Source: Bacillales bacterium
Lineage (GTDB): Bacteria; Bacillota_I; Bacilli_A; RFN20; CAG-449
Direction of reading: 5' to 3'
Length of the DNA: 64,000 nt
NCBI GenBank assembly: GCA_029006735.1
Contig: JAQXGN010000022.1
Span: forward strand, 9,640 to 73,639
Position 1 is the first letter of the stretch; each line of letters opens with the position of its first letter. The notes beneath the pieces are model-generated. The model saw nothing but the letters and a program-made list of their open reading frames with translations. It had not been told where the DNA came from and made no database searches. Of this stretch, positions 19,953 through 29,855 are shown one piece after another. The position numbers were made by a program, and so were the translations under genes.

Positions 19953-21167
19953 TTATAAAATCATTTCATGAATTTTTTTCAAAAATATACTCCAAAAAGT
20001 ATTTTTTTCTAAGTCACTTGAAGTTAAAACATTATACTTTAATACTTCTCCAGAAGGTAATTTTATCATTAGCGTTCCAACTTTTGAATCCTTTTTTATC
20101 GGGTATTTTAATTGATCTAGTTCAAATTCAACTGTTATTTCATTTTCATTTTCTTCTTTCAATAAAGTAATTTCAATAGATTGATCTACATAGAAATCAC
20201 ATCTATTATTCTTGCAATTTTCAAGGTAATAATCCTTAATAATTACTTCATTTTTCCCATATAAATGAATTCTTTTTAGTTTTGAGAACGCATAATTTGT
20301 TAACTTAACAGTATCTTGATTTCTCTTTTCAATCGAATCTTCTTTCATCACAACATTAAGAATCCTTATCCCATTTCTTTTAACAGTACTTGTAAGGTTG
20401 TATTTTGCTAATCTAGTATATCCAGTCTTTAGACCATCTAAGCCATCTAAATCACCCAAAAGTTTATTTGTATTCACTAACCAAAATGGCTTATCTGTAT
20501 TCTCTCTAATATATGATTCTGTTAAGGAAGAATAGTTTAATATCTCTGGATAATCAATAATTAATCTTCTTCCAATAATAGCCATATCATATGGAGTCGT
20601 ATAGTGGGATGGATCATCAAATCCAGTCGCATTTACAAAATTAGTTCCATTCATTTTTAATAATTTTGCTTTATTATTCATTGCTTTTACAAACGCTTCG
20701 TTTGTTCCAAAACAATGTTCTCCTAAACAGACAATTGCATCATTACTCGAATTAATTGCGACAGCTTTAAATAAATCTTCTAAACGCATCTTTTCATTTG
20801 GTTCTAAATAAATCTGTGTCCCACCCATTTTACTAGCATAAGAAGAACAAATTACTTCATCATCCCAACTAATTTTACTATTATGAATTTCTTCTAATAT
20901 CAAATACATCCCCATCATTTTTGTCATTGATGCAGGAAAACATTTTTCGTGTTCATTCTTTGATGTAATTACTTTCCCTGATTCAATTTCTAGGGAAATA
21001 TAATAATTTCCATGTAATGATATTTGTTCATCAACATCATCAATTATCTGATTAGTATCAATCGCGTTTTCTCTTTCATTTATTAAAATACAATTAACAT
21101 TAGAATGATTAAATGAAGGTATAAACGTAAAAATTAAAGATATAAATATAAAAATAGCGTTTTTCAT
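19953..21167 (-). CDS. Serine-type D-alanyl-D-alanine carboxypeptidase (peptidase S11, PBP5-like)
   Basis: N-terminal signal sequence. Active-site motifs SMTK (SxxK), SSND (SxN) and KTGYT (KTG). The C-terminal extension is of PBP5 length. Confidence 0.9.
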   Translation of the reverse strand: MKNAIFIFISLIFTFIPSFNHSNVNCILINERENAIDTNQIIDDVDEQISLHGNYYISLEIESGKVITSKNEHEKCFPASMTKMMGMYLILEEIHNSKISWDDEVICSSYASKMGGTQIYLEPNEKMRLEDLFKAVAINSSNDAIVCLGEHCFGTNEAFVKAMNNKAKLLKMNGTNFVNATGFDDPSHYTTPYDMAIIGRRLIIDYPEILNYSSLTESYIRENTDKPFWLVNTNKLLGDLDGLDGLKTGYTRLAKYNLTSTVKRNGIRILNVVMKEDSIEKRNQDTVKLTNYAFSKLKRIHLYGKNEVIIKDYYLENCKNNRCDFYVDQSIEITLLKEENENEITVEFELDQLKYPIKKDSKVGTLMIKLPSGEVLKYNVLTSSDLEKNTFWSIFLKKIHEMIL

Positions 21168-21220
21168 CTTCTTTTCTCCTAATTAAAAATATGAAAAAAA
21201 GAAGTAAATAGAACGCAAAA

Positions 21221-21949
21221 TTATTCTTCTAATAAAAGTTTTAAAATTTTCCCGATATCATCATGAAACACATAATCTGCTCGTGAGTCAAATTGTGTTT
21301 CTTCTTTATTTATAATAATTAATGAGTTTCCATTATAAAAACGAATAAGACCTGCCGCAGGATAAACATTTAAAGAAGTTCCTCCAACGATTAAAATATC
21401 TGCGTTTTTTATCGCATTAATTGCTTTTACTAAATCATCTTCAAATAACTCCTCTTCATATAAAACAACATCTGGCTTAATTAATCCTCCACAAGAGCAT
21501 CGTGGTGGATTATCCATTTCTAAAATATCATCTAAATAATAAAACCTATGACATCTATCACAATAATTCCGATAAATAGAGCCATGTAACTCTATCACGT
21601 TTTCTGAACCAGCTTTTTGATGCAATGCATCGATATTTTGGGTAATAATTATCAAATTATGGTGATTTTTTTGATATGAAGATAAAACAAAATGAGCTAA
21701 ATTTGGCTTAGCATCTTTATTGACCATAAATTCTTTATAAAATTGATAAAATGTATCTGGATGTTCATAAAAATAAGTATGTGATAACATTACTTCATAT
21801 GGTTTATTATATTTACTTTGAAGTTTATAAAGTCCTTCTTTACTTCGAAAGTCTTTTATTCCCGAATTTGTTGATACTCCTGCTCCACCAAAAAAGACTA
21901 TGCTTTTTGCATATTTAATTTTTGTTTTTAATAATTCTATAATTTCCAT
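21221..21949 (-). CDS. cobB: NAD-dependent protein deacylase, Sir2 family
   Basis: GAGVSTNSGIKDFRS and QNIDALH motifs, plus a zinc ribbon CDRC...CSCGG. Confidence 0.9.
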   Translation of the reverse strand: MEIIELLKTKIKYAKSIVFFGGAGVSTNSGIKDFRSKEGLYKLQSKYNKPYEVMLSHTYFYEHPDTFYQFYKEFMVNKDAKPNLAHFVLSSYQKNHHNLIIITQNIDALHQKAGSENVIELHGSIYRNYCDRCHRFYYLDDILEMDNPPRCSCGGLIKPDVVLYEEELFEDDLVKAINAIKNADILIVGGTSLNVYPAAGLIRFYNGNSLIIINKEETQFDSRADYVFHDDIGKILKLLLEE

Positions 21950-21951
21950 AA

Positions 21952-23262
21952 TTACTCTACTATTTCATGAATAATTGGATTAATATCAACTTTTGTATCC
22001 GAAAATTTAAATGATTCAATTACTTCATCAATATATACTTTGTAATCATCTTTATTTGTATGTATTTCACAAAGTTTTTCTTCTTTTGATACAAAATCTC
22101 CTACTTTTTTCGATAAAACAATACCTGCAGTTGGATCAATAATATCCTCTTTTGTTGATCTACCTGCACCTAGTTTCATCGCAGCTTCACCAATCTCTAA
22201 AGCGTTAATTTCTTTTATATATCCTTCTTTATTTGAATATATATTAATAATATATTTAGATTTTTCAAACAATGAAGTATCTTTTATATATTTATCATCC
22301 CCGCCTTGAGCTTTAACTAATTGACAAAGTTTTTCTAATGCTTCTCCACTAGAAAGTTTTGATTGAATTAATTCTTTCCCTTCTTGATAAGAAGATACTT
22401 TTTTAGCTTGCATTAACATTATTGATCCAGCATTAACACATAATTCAATTAAATCCTTTGGTCCTTTTCCTTTTAATGTTTCACAAGCTTCAATTACTTC
22501 TAAATTATTACCAATTGCCATACCTAGAGGTTGGTCCATATCAGTAAGAATTGCTCTTGTATCACGTTTTAACGAATCGCCAATTTCAACCATTGTTTTT
22601 GCTAATTCGCGTGCATCATCTAAGTTTTTCATAAATGCACCAGAACCAAATTTAACATCCAATAAAATTGTATCTGAACCAGAAGCTAATTTTTTTGACA
22701 TAATACTTGATGCAATTAACGGAATTGAATCTACAGTTCCTGTGACATCTCTTAAAGCATATAATTTTTTATCGCATGGAACTAGACTTCCTGTTTGTCC
22801 AACAAGAGCTATTCCAATTTCATTCACTTGCTTAATAAATTGCGTTCTTTCAATATTAATACTTACTCCTGGGATTGATTCAAGTTTATCTAAAGTTCCA
22901 CCAGTATGCCCTAATCCTCTTCCTGACATCTTAGCTAACTTTACCCCACAAGAAGCAACTAAAGGTCCTAGAACTAAACTAGTTTTATCACCAACTCCAC
23001 CAGTTGAGTGTTTATCTACTTTAATACCATTAATTGATGACAAATCAATTGTATCTCCGCTATATAACATTGCTTCAGTTAAGTTACTAATTTCATCTTT
23101 ATCCATTCCATTAAAGCAAATAGCCATGGCTAAACTTGATGCTTGATAATCAGGAATTGTTCCATTAGTAAATCCTTTAACAAAGAAATTTATTTCTTCT
23201 TTTAATAATTTCTTTCCTTCTTTTTTCTTAATAATAATATCGACCATTCTCATAAGTTTCAC
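21952..23262 (-). CDS. pdp: Pyrimidine-nucleoside (thymidine) phosphorylase
   Basis: HSTGGVGDKTSL signature. The 436-aa length is typical. The C-terminal PYNP domain is present. Confidence 0.9.
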   Translation of the reverse strand: MKLMRMVDIIIKKKEGKKLLKEEINFFVKGFTNGTIPDYQASSLAMAICFNGMDKDEISNLTEAMLYSGDTIDLSSINGIKVDKHSTGGVGDKTSLVLGPLVASCGVKLAKMSGRGLGHTGGTLDKLESIPGVSINIERTQFIKQVNEIGIALVGQTGSLVPCDKKLYALRDVTGTVDSIPLIASSIMSKKLASGSDTILLDVKFGSGAFMKNLDDARELAKTMVEIGDSLKRDTRAILTDMDQPLGMAIGNNLEVIEACETLKGKGPKDLIELCVNAGSIMLMQAKKVSSYQEGKELIQSKLSSGEALEKLCQLVKAQGGDDKYIKDTSLFEKSKYIINIYSNKEGYIKEINALEIGEAAMKLGAGRSTKEDIIDPTAGIVLSKKVGDFVSKEEKLCEIHTNKDDYKVYIDEVIESFKFSDTKVDINPIIHEIVE

Positions 23263-23363
23263 CTCATCAAATTAATTATAATTCATTTAAATTAAAATCG
23301 CACTATCAAAAATATATATAGAAAATCGAATATAAAATAATTATACTATTTTTGGAGATAGTT

Positions 23364-24674
23364 ATGGATTTTGTTGAACATTTAAAAAAATATTTATCTG
23401 ATAATGAGATTAATGAACTATTAAAATCATTATTAGAAAAAGAGGATAAACACGCGCTAGTATTAAATCAAGAAAAGATGAAAACAGAAGACTTTTTGCG
23501 TGAATTTCCAAATGTTACACCTCATCCAATAGTACCAAATTGTTTTATATATGATAAAAATAATTATCCATTTGGTAAAATGATTTATCATGAGATGGGT
23601 ATTTATTATATTTTAGAGCCTTGTAGTGCATTAGTATCTTATCTACTTAATCCTCAAAAAGATGATTTAATTTTAGATGTTGCTGCTTCTCCTGGAGGCA
23701 AATCAATTCATTCATCCATTTTAATGAAAAATGAGGGATTAATTATTTCAAATGAGATACAAACACAAAGATCTTTTATCTTATCGAGTAATGTTGAAAG
23801 AATGGGTAGAAAAAATATAGTAGTTACTAATAATACTATTGATGATTTTCTTCCATCTTATCAAAATACATTTTCCAAAATTATTTTAGATGCTCCTTGT
23901 TCTGGTAGTGGTATGTTTAGAAAATTAGATGCAATGAAACAAGATTGGACATACGCTAAAGTTACTTCATTATCCTCATTACAAAAAGATTTAATTTTAA
24001 AAGCTTACCAATTATTATCTAGAGGAGGAAGACTAGTATATTCTACATGTTCTTTTTCTTATGAAGAAGACGAAGAAGTAATCCAATACTTGCTTAGTCA
24101 AACCGATGCGAAAATATGTAATATAGAAGATAATGTATTATTTTATAAATCAACAAGTAAAATAGGAATTCATCTTTTCCCTAATTTATTTCCTGGAGAA
24201 GGTCATTATATTTGTTTAATAGAAAAGCCATTAATCGAAGAAAATATTAAATCGAATAAAACTCAAATAGATAAATATAATGATATAAGAAAATTATGCA
24301 ATATCGAAAATGGTTTTATATATAATCACGAAAAAACATTTTATTATTTGAATCATTATTTAAATTTAAAAGGGCTCCATCTAATACGTGGAGGCTTAAA
24401 GCTTGGAAATAATGAAAAATATGGTTTTGATTATGATCATGCTTTATCACATTATTTACATTCATTTAAAAATGAAGTTGAACTATCTTATGATGAAGCA
24501 AAAAAATATATAAAAGGAGAACAACTCATTAAAAACGTTAAAGATGGATATATTTTATTAAAATATAATCACGTAAGTTTAGGTTTTGGAAAGGCAAATA
24601 AAAATAAAATAAATAACAAGTATCCAAAAGGATTAAGAATAGATATCAAGAACGATTTTGATTTATCTAAATAA
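23364..24674 (+). CDS. RsmB/RsmF-family rRNA cytosine-C5 methyltransferase (intact)
   Basis: DVAASPGGKS (SAM motif I), ILDAPCSGSGMFRK (motif IV Cys) and YSTCSFSYEEDEEV (motif VI Cys). I prefer the ATG at 23364, 5 nt after GGAGA, over the TTG at 23352 used in the track. Confidence 0.85.
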   Translation: MDFVEHLKKYLSDNEINELLKSLLEKEDKHALVLNQEKMKTEDFLREFPNVTPHPIVPNCFIYDKNNYPFGKMIYHEMGIYYILEPCSALVSYLLNPQKDDLILDVAASPGGKSIHSSILMKNEGLIISNEIQTQRSFILSSNVERMGRKNIVVTNNTIDDFLPSYQNTFSKIILDAPCSGSGMFRKLDAMKQDWTYAKVTSLSSLQKDLILKAYQLLSRGGRLVYSTCSFSYEEDEEVIQYLLSQTDAKICNIEDNVLFYKSTSKIGIHLFPNLFPGEGHYICLIEKPLIEENIKSNKTQIDKYNDIRKLCNIENGFIYNHEKTFYYLNHYLNLKGLHLIRGGLKLGNNEKYGFDYDHALSHYLHSFKNEVELSYDEAKKYIKGEQLIKNVKDGYILLKYNHVSLGFGKANKNKINNKYPKGLRIDIKNDFDLSK

Positions 24675-24709
24675 TTAAAACAAATTGTTTGAAAATTATT
24701 AAATTTTAT

Positions 24710-24738
24710 TTGCAATAGCAACTCTATTTTGATAATAT
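24710..24738 (+). promoter_or_regulatory. Candidate sigma-A promoter of rpmB
   Basis: TTGCAA (24710-24715), then 17 nt, then TG-A-TAATAT (-10 at 24733-24738). It lies about 60 nt upstream of the rpmB ATG. Confidence 0.45.
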
Positions 24739-24798
24739 ACTATAGGTACACAACTTATATATGTAAGTTAATTTATGAACTAAGGAGGTTGAAGATAT

Positions 24799-24996
24799 AT
24801 GTCAAGAGTTTGTCCATTAACAGGAAAAGGACCACACGCTGGTAATAACCGTTCACACTCCTTAAGAGCTACACGTAGAAAATGGAATGTCAATTTACAA
24901 CCAGTTAAAGTAAATATCAACGGACGCGTTGTAACAATGAAATTATCCACACGCGCTCTTAAGACTTTACGTAAATCAAGCAAAAAAGCTGCTTAA
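24799..24996 (+). CDS. rpmB: 50S ribosomal protein L28
   Basis: [34 protein letters not shown] is the canonical L28 sequence. A strong AAGGAGG RBS sits at 24782-24788. Confidence 0.97.
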   Translation: MSRVCPLTGKGPHAGNNRSHSLRATRRKWNVNLQPVKVNINGRVVTMKLSTRALKTLRKSSKKAA

Positions 24997-25015
24997 TTTA
25001 TCAAAAAAATTATTA

Positions 25016-25045
25016 CTCCATATGAATTGCATATGGAGTTTTTTT
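25016..25045 (+). terminator. Rho-independent terminator after rpmB
   Basis: CTCCATATG (25016-25024), AATTG loop, CATATGGAG (25030-25038), then T7 (25039-45). Confidence 0.8.
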
Positions 25046-25046
25046 A

Positions 25047-25673
25047 TTAGAATAGAATAATAATTTGAAGAAAAATTTGACATAATATACTTACCCAAAT
25101 TGAAAAAGAAAGGATATTGAATTTAGGACGAATATACTCTTTGTTATCTTCTTCTTTTTTAGCCTTAGACCATTTCAAAAATAAAGGGCTTAAACATATC
25201 ATTAGTAAAATAAAACAAATAACAAAACAAATAATTGACGTTATTAAACTATAACGATCTAAATTAGAAATCTGATAATATCCTAGTAAGCCAAAGCAAC
25301 CCATAATTAAAGCGATTTCTATCGCACTTACTAAAATATAGATTCGATAAATTCTCATATCGATTAAAAATAAAGATAACGATAAAATTGATACAAGTAA
25401 CGCTAAAATAGCCACAGTTTTTACGATAAAACTCGCATATATATCAAAATATAATATGGATAATATATTATAACAATTTAGTCCAATATATATTGATAAT
25501 ATCCCCCATAAAATAATATTAAAAGACGGATATTTTTTGCTTTTTAATTCAAATGGGAACATCTTAAAAAAACTATAATTTTGCTTATGTTCCATTTTAA
25601 ACAAAATCATTTCTATAACAATAAAAGTGATAAATAATGCGAAACTAGAAATAAATATACTAATATTTTTCAT
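25047..25673 (-). CDS. Hypothetical polytopic membrane protein (208 aa)
   Basis: Five to six hydrophobic helices, no recognisable motif. It occupies the position downstream of rpe. Confidence 0.6.
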   Translation of the reverse strand: MKNISIFISSFALFITFIVIEMILFKMEHKQNYSFFKMFPFELKSKKYPSFNIILWGILSIYIGLNCYNILSILYFDIYASFIVKTVAILALLVSILSLSLFLIDMRIYRIYILVSAIEIALIMGCFGLLGYYQISNLDRYSLITSIICFVICFILLMICLSPLFLKWSKAKKEEDNKEYIRPKFNILSFSIWVSILCQIFLQIIILF

Positions 25674-25674
25674 A

Positions 25675-26331
25675 TTATTTTAATAACTTAATTTGCTCAA
25701 TATATGGTTTTCTTTTAAGAATAAATGAACCTGAGACTACTAAATCTACGCCTTTTTCTTTACAAGGAATAATTGTTTCATCATTTATCCCTCCATCAAC
25801 TTGAATAAGATAATTTAAATTATGTGCTTTTCGATAATCATTTAAATATTCAATTTTATCTAAAGCTACATCATTAAACTTTTGTCCACCTCTACCTGCA
25901 ACAACACTCATTACTAAAATAAAATCTAATTTATTTAATAATTCATTTAATACAGTGACTGATGTATCTGGATTAATCGCAATACCAACTTTAATATTAT
26001 ATTTATGAAGGTCATCTATATAAGAAGATAATTCATTTTTATTGAATGCTTCATAATGAAAAGAAATCATTGTCGCACCGGCAGAAATAAAATCTTCAAC
26101 CCATTTTTTTACATCTGCAACCATCAAATGAACATCAAACATTATATTAGGAAAATAGTTTTTAAGTGATTTATAATGTTCAACACTAAATGACTTGTTT
26201 TCAACAAAAATACCATCCATTACATCATAATGTATATAATCAACTCCAGAAAGGATAAGTTCATTAATTATATTAATGATTTCCATATCTTTTGTTCCTA
26301 AAATACTAGTTCCAATTTTTACTTTACTCAT
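25675..26331 (-). CDS. rpe: Ribulose-phosphate 3-epimerase
   Basis: DVMDGIFV, VHLMV, MSV..G.GGQKF and QVDGGIN motifs. Confidence 0.93.
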   Translation of the reverse strand: MSKVKIGTSILGTKDMEIINIINELILSGVDYIHYDVMDGIFVENKSFSVEHYKSLKNYFPNIMFDVHLMVADVKKWVEDFISAGATMISFHYEAFNKNELSSYIDDLHKYNIKVGIAINPDTSVTVLNELLNKLDFILVMSVVAGRGGQKFNDVALDKIEYLNDYRKAHNLNYLIQVDGGINDETIIPCKEKGVDLVVSGSFILKRKPYIEQIKLLK

Positions 26332-27194
26332 TGATAACGATCCTTTCTGAATATTAATTCTTTACTTAACGCTACGTAATTATCGTAGTTTTCCTTTACA
26401 AGCTTATTTTGTATTAATGCTTCTTTTACTTTACATCCACTCTCTGTTATATGTAAACAATTATTGAACTTACATTCACCCAAAGAAGAAAATCCTGGAA
26501 AATAAGTTGCAAGTTCTTCTTTAAATAAAGGTAATTCTAAACTAGAAAATCCAGGTGTATCCGCGATAAGCCCATTTTCATAAGGGAGAATAATAACTTC
26601 TTTAGTTTGGTGTTTTCCTCTTCCTTGACCAATAGAATACTCTCCAATCGCGCGAACAAAATCAGGATCAATTTGATTAATTAAACTTGATTTCCCCACA
26701 CCTGTTTGTCCCATAAAAGCAATAACTTTTCCTTTAATAGTCTCTTTAATATCTTCTAAACCTTCTAGTGTTCTTTTTGAATATACAATTGTTTTAATTC
26801 CAATCTTTTCATAATTATTTTTTATAGTAAGTTCTAAGCCACGTTCTTCAAGTAAATCTACCTTAGTAAGTACGATTAATGGTGTAACATTACTCATATT
26901 TAATAATGTTAAAAACTTATCTAATAAATAACTAGAAAAATCAGGGTTTTTTAAAGAAATCACGATAATTCCATAATCTAGATTAGCAATTCTAGGACGG
27001 ATTAATGAATTATTTCTTTCCTTAATTTCATTAATCTGTTTATCTTCAATAGAAATAGAAACAAAATCTCCTACAAGTAAGTTTTTTTTGTGGTGTCTAA
27101 AAATACCTCTTGGCGTACAATCAAATATACGTCCATCTTCCAATAGGACTTTATATACTCCTCCAACAGTTGATATTATTCTTCCATCTATCAT
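26328..27194 (-). CDS. rsgA: Ribosome small-subunit-dependent GTPase A
   Basis: Circularly permuted GTPase with GQTGVGKSSLIN and a C-terminal zinc motif CKFNNCLHITESGC. Confidence 0.93.
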   Translation of the reverse strand: MIDGRIISTVGGVYKVLLEDGRIFDCTPRGIFRHHKKNLLVGDFVSISIEDKQINEIKERNNSLIRPRIANLDYGIIVISLKNPDFSSYLLDKFLTLLNMSNVTPLIVLTKVDLLEERGLELTIKNNYEKIGIKTIVYSKRTLEGLEDIKETIKGKVIAFMGQTGVGKSSLINQIDPDFVRAIGEYSIGQGRGKHQTKEVIILPYENGLIADTPGFSSLELPLFKEELATYFPGFSSLGECKFNNCLHITESGCKVKEALIQNKLVKENYDNYVALSKELIFRKDRYQ

Positions 27195-28084
27195 TATTTA
27201 CCCTCTTTTGGAATGCGATGAAATAATCGATCAAAGAATGATCTTTTTTTAATAAGTTCAGGATTACGTAAAATACGATCAATATCCTTTCTCATTTCAA
27301 AGCATGATTTATAACGATTATTTGGGTTCTTATCAGTTGCTTTATTAATAATCTTTTCAACAACTAATGGTACTTTAGGATTGATTTTTCTAACTGATGG
27401 CATCTTATTATTAATATGCATTAACGCAACAGTAACTGGAGATTCATCATCAAAAGGAACTTTTCCAGTTAATAACTCATAGAATGAAATTCCTAATGCA
27501 TAAATATCTGATTGAACTGTCGCAGGATTACCTTGAGATAATTCTGGAGCTAAATAATGAACTGAACCAACAACCACTTCACTTCTAGTAACTCTACTTG
27601 CATTTGTGAAAGTTGCAATACCAAAATCGCCAAGTTTTACCGTAGAATCTGGAGTTATATAAACATTTTTTGGCTTGATATCACGATGAATAACATTATG
27701 TTGATGAGCATTTAATACAGCAGAACATAATTGATACATAATATCACAAGATTCTAATACGGAAAACTTACCACGAACATTTAATACATCTCTTAATGTT
27801 TGTCCTCTGATTAGTTCAGTAACCATATATGGACGTCCTTCTGATGTACCAACATTAATGACACGAACAATGTTTTGGTGATTCAAAGAAGCTGCTGCAC
27901 GTGCTTCACGTTCAAAACGAGTAAGATTAATGGGATTCTTCATTGTATCTTCCTTAATAATCTTAACTGCAACATCTTTTTTGGATATTAAATCTTCTGC
28001 TTGATAAACAGTAGCCATTCCACCTTCACCAAGAACTGACTTAATACGATATCTTTCATCAATAATCTCACCAAGTTTCATCAA
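27194..28084 (-). CDS. prkC: Hanks-type Ser/Thr protein kinase, kinase domain only (no TM or PASTA region)
   Basis: GEGGMATVY...AVK, HRDIKPKN, DFG and APE motifs. The protein ends at 296 aa, directly after the kinase domain. It sits in the conserved prpC-prkC-rsgA position. Confidence 0.9.
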   Translation of the reverse strand: MMKLGEIIDERYRIKSVLGEGGMATVYQAEDLISKKDVAVKIIKEDTMKNPINLTRFEREARAAASLNHQNIVRVINVGTSEGRPYMVTELIRGQTLRDVLNVRGKFSVLESCDIMYQLCSAVLNAHQHNVIHRDIKPKNVYITPDSTVKLGDFGIATFTNASRVTRSEVVVGSVHYLAPELSQGNPATVQSDIYALGISFYELLTGKVPFDDESPVTVALMHINNKMPSVRKINPKVPLVVEKIINKATDKNPNNRYKSCFEMRKDIDRILRNPELIKKRSFFDRLFHRIPKEGK

Positions 28085-28815
28085 TCATTCACCTCCAATA
28101 ATGCAATTGCAATATTATCTAACCCGCCTCTTTCATTAGCCTTTTGTATTAATATATCGACTTTTTCATCAGTTGTTTTTTCTACTTGAATAAGTGTATT
28201 TATTTCTATATCTGTTAACATATTATATAGTCCATCAGAACATAGTAATAATTTATCCTTTGGTAGATCAATTACCTTTAAATCAATACTAATTGATGGA
28301 TAAGTACCTAAAGCATTCATAAGAACATGTCTTTTAGGATGAATTTTCATATCCTCTTTGGTAATTTTTCCAGTTTTATATAAAAATTGTACATAAGTTT
28401 GATCTTCGCTTATTTGTGATATATTTTGATTAGAAATATCATATAAACGAGAATCACCAATATTCGCCATAATAACTTTATTATTATGGATATATGCAGC
28501 GATCAAAGTTGTTCCCATATCTTGATATTGAAGATTATTAACACTTAAATCATTGACTTCCCTATTTGCTTTTTTTATTGCTTTTATTAAGTGGTTTTTT
28601 ATTCCAAAAAGAGTTTTAAACTTATTGTTTTCCTTAAATTCATCAATGATAATGTCCATTGCCATAGAAGAAGCTTTTTCTCCTTTATTATGGCCTCCCA
28701 TACCATCTAAAACCATCATTAAAACATCACCTGAATCGAATTTAATAATGCAGGCATTGTCTTCATTCTTATCTCTTACTAATCCTCGATCACTTTTATA
28801 AGCATAACTAAGCAT
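28081..28815 (-). CDS. prpC: PP2C-family Ser/Thr phosphatase
   Basis: RDKNEDN, LDGMGGH and DGLYN...GGLDNI motifs. It overlaps prkC by 4 nt. Confidence 0.92.
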   Translation of the reverse strand: MLSYAYKSDRGLVRDKNEDNACIIKFDSGDVLMMVLDGMGGHNKGEKASSMAMDIIIDEFKENNKFKTLFGIKNHLIKAIKKANREVNDLSVNNLQYQDMGTTLIAAYIHNNKVIMANIGDSRLYDISNQNISQISEDQTYVQFLYKTGKITKEDMKIHPKRHVLMNALGTYPSISIDLKVIDLPKDKLLLCSDGLYNMLTDIEINTLIQVEKTTDEKVDILIQKANERGGLDNIAIALLEVND

Positions 28816-28817
28816 AA

Positions 28818-29855
28818 CTAATCTCTTCTTTCATGTTTAGCTCTTAATTGACCACATGCTGCATCAATATCAGTACCAAACTCTTTTCTAATTGTCGTAT
28901 TTACTCCATGTTTAATACAATAATCCATAAAGGCATGAACAGCAGAGGATTCTGCTCTTTCATAACCATTCTCAATAACTGGATTATAAGGAATAAGATT
29001 TACATAAGCATAAGTTGGTTTAATTAATTCTATTAATTGTTTTGCACATTCAATAGAATCATTTATTCCCTTAATCATAATATATTCATAAGTTACTCTT
29101 CTTCCAGATAAATCGATATATTCTTTAACTGCAGGAATTAATTTTTCTAATGGATAAGCTCGATTAATCTTCATAATTCTATTTCTAATTTCATTATTAG
29201 GTGCGTGTAAGGAAATAGCTAGATTAACTTGTAATCCTTCTTTTCCATATTGAATAATTTTATCTGGTATTCCACAAGTTGAAACAGTAATATGACGTGC
29301 ACCAATTGCTAAAGCTTTTTGATCATTAATAATACGAATAAAATCAATTACATTATCATAGTTATCAAAAGGTTCACCAGTTCCCATAACAACTACATGT
29401 GTAATCTTTTCATTACTTTCTTTTAATAAATCATTCATTACTAAGATTTCTCCAACCATTTCAGAAACCTCTAAATTTCTTTGTTTTTTTAATAATCCAG
29501 ATGCGCAAAAAGAACATCCCATATTACATCCTACTTGACTAGTAACACATATGACATTTCCATAATTATAACGCATTAAAACAGTTTCTACTTTTGACTT
29601 ATCATCCATTTCAAGTAGAAGTTTAATTGTTCCATCACTTGCAACTTGCTTCACAAAAATAGATGGTTTTTTTAAACAATATTTTTCCTTTAAGACCTCT
29701 CTAAATGATTTTGAAATATCGCTCATATCATCAAAATCAATGCAGCCCTTTTCATAAATCCAAGTAAATAATTGCTTTGCACGAAATTTACTTTGACCTT
29801 CTTCAAGCATCATTTTTTCTAATTTAGATAAAGTAACACCATATAGATTAATCAT
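28818..29855 (-). CDS. rlmN: 23S rRNA/tRNA adenine-C2 methyltransferase (radical SAM)
   Basis: CNMGCSFCASG radical-SAM cluster motif and a C-terminal DIDAACGQL. Confidence 0.93.
   Translation of the reverse strand: MINLYGVTLSKLEKMMLEEGQSKFRAKQLFTWIYEKGCIDFDDMSDISKSFREVLKEKYCLKKPSIFVKQVASDGTIKLLLEMDDKSKVETVLMRYNYGNVICVTSQVGCNMGCSFCASGLLKKQRNLEVSEMVGEILVMNDLLKESNEKITHVVVMGTGEPFDNYDNVIDFIRIINDQKALAIGARHITVSTCGIPDKIIQYGKEGLQVNLAISLHAPNNEIRNRIMKINRAYPLEKLIPAVKEYIDLSGRRVTYEYIMIKGINDSIECAKQLIELIKPTYAYVNLIPYNPVIENGYERAESSAVHAFMDYCIKHGVNTTIRKEFGTDIDAACGQLRAKHERRD

Noticed and set aside
22742-23146. A 134-aa plus-strand ORF inside pdp. Similar antisense ORFs occur inside rpmB (24780-24983), prpC (28553-28801), the GH3 gene (43572-43760, 45459-45899, 45930-46193), the ABC-F gene (52044-53277), glpK (53759-53983) and the oxidoreductase gene (55868-56511).
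   Set aside because: Each lies opposite a CDS with unmistakable family motifs. These are shadow ORFs.
24751-24768. A small hairpin, AACTTA-TATATG-TAAGTT, in the rpmB leader as a regulatory RNA element.
   Set aside because: It is a 6-bp AT-rich stem and I know of no conserved leader motif matching it. It is probably fortuitous.
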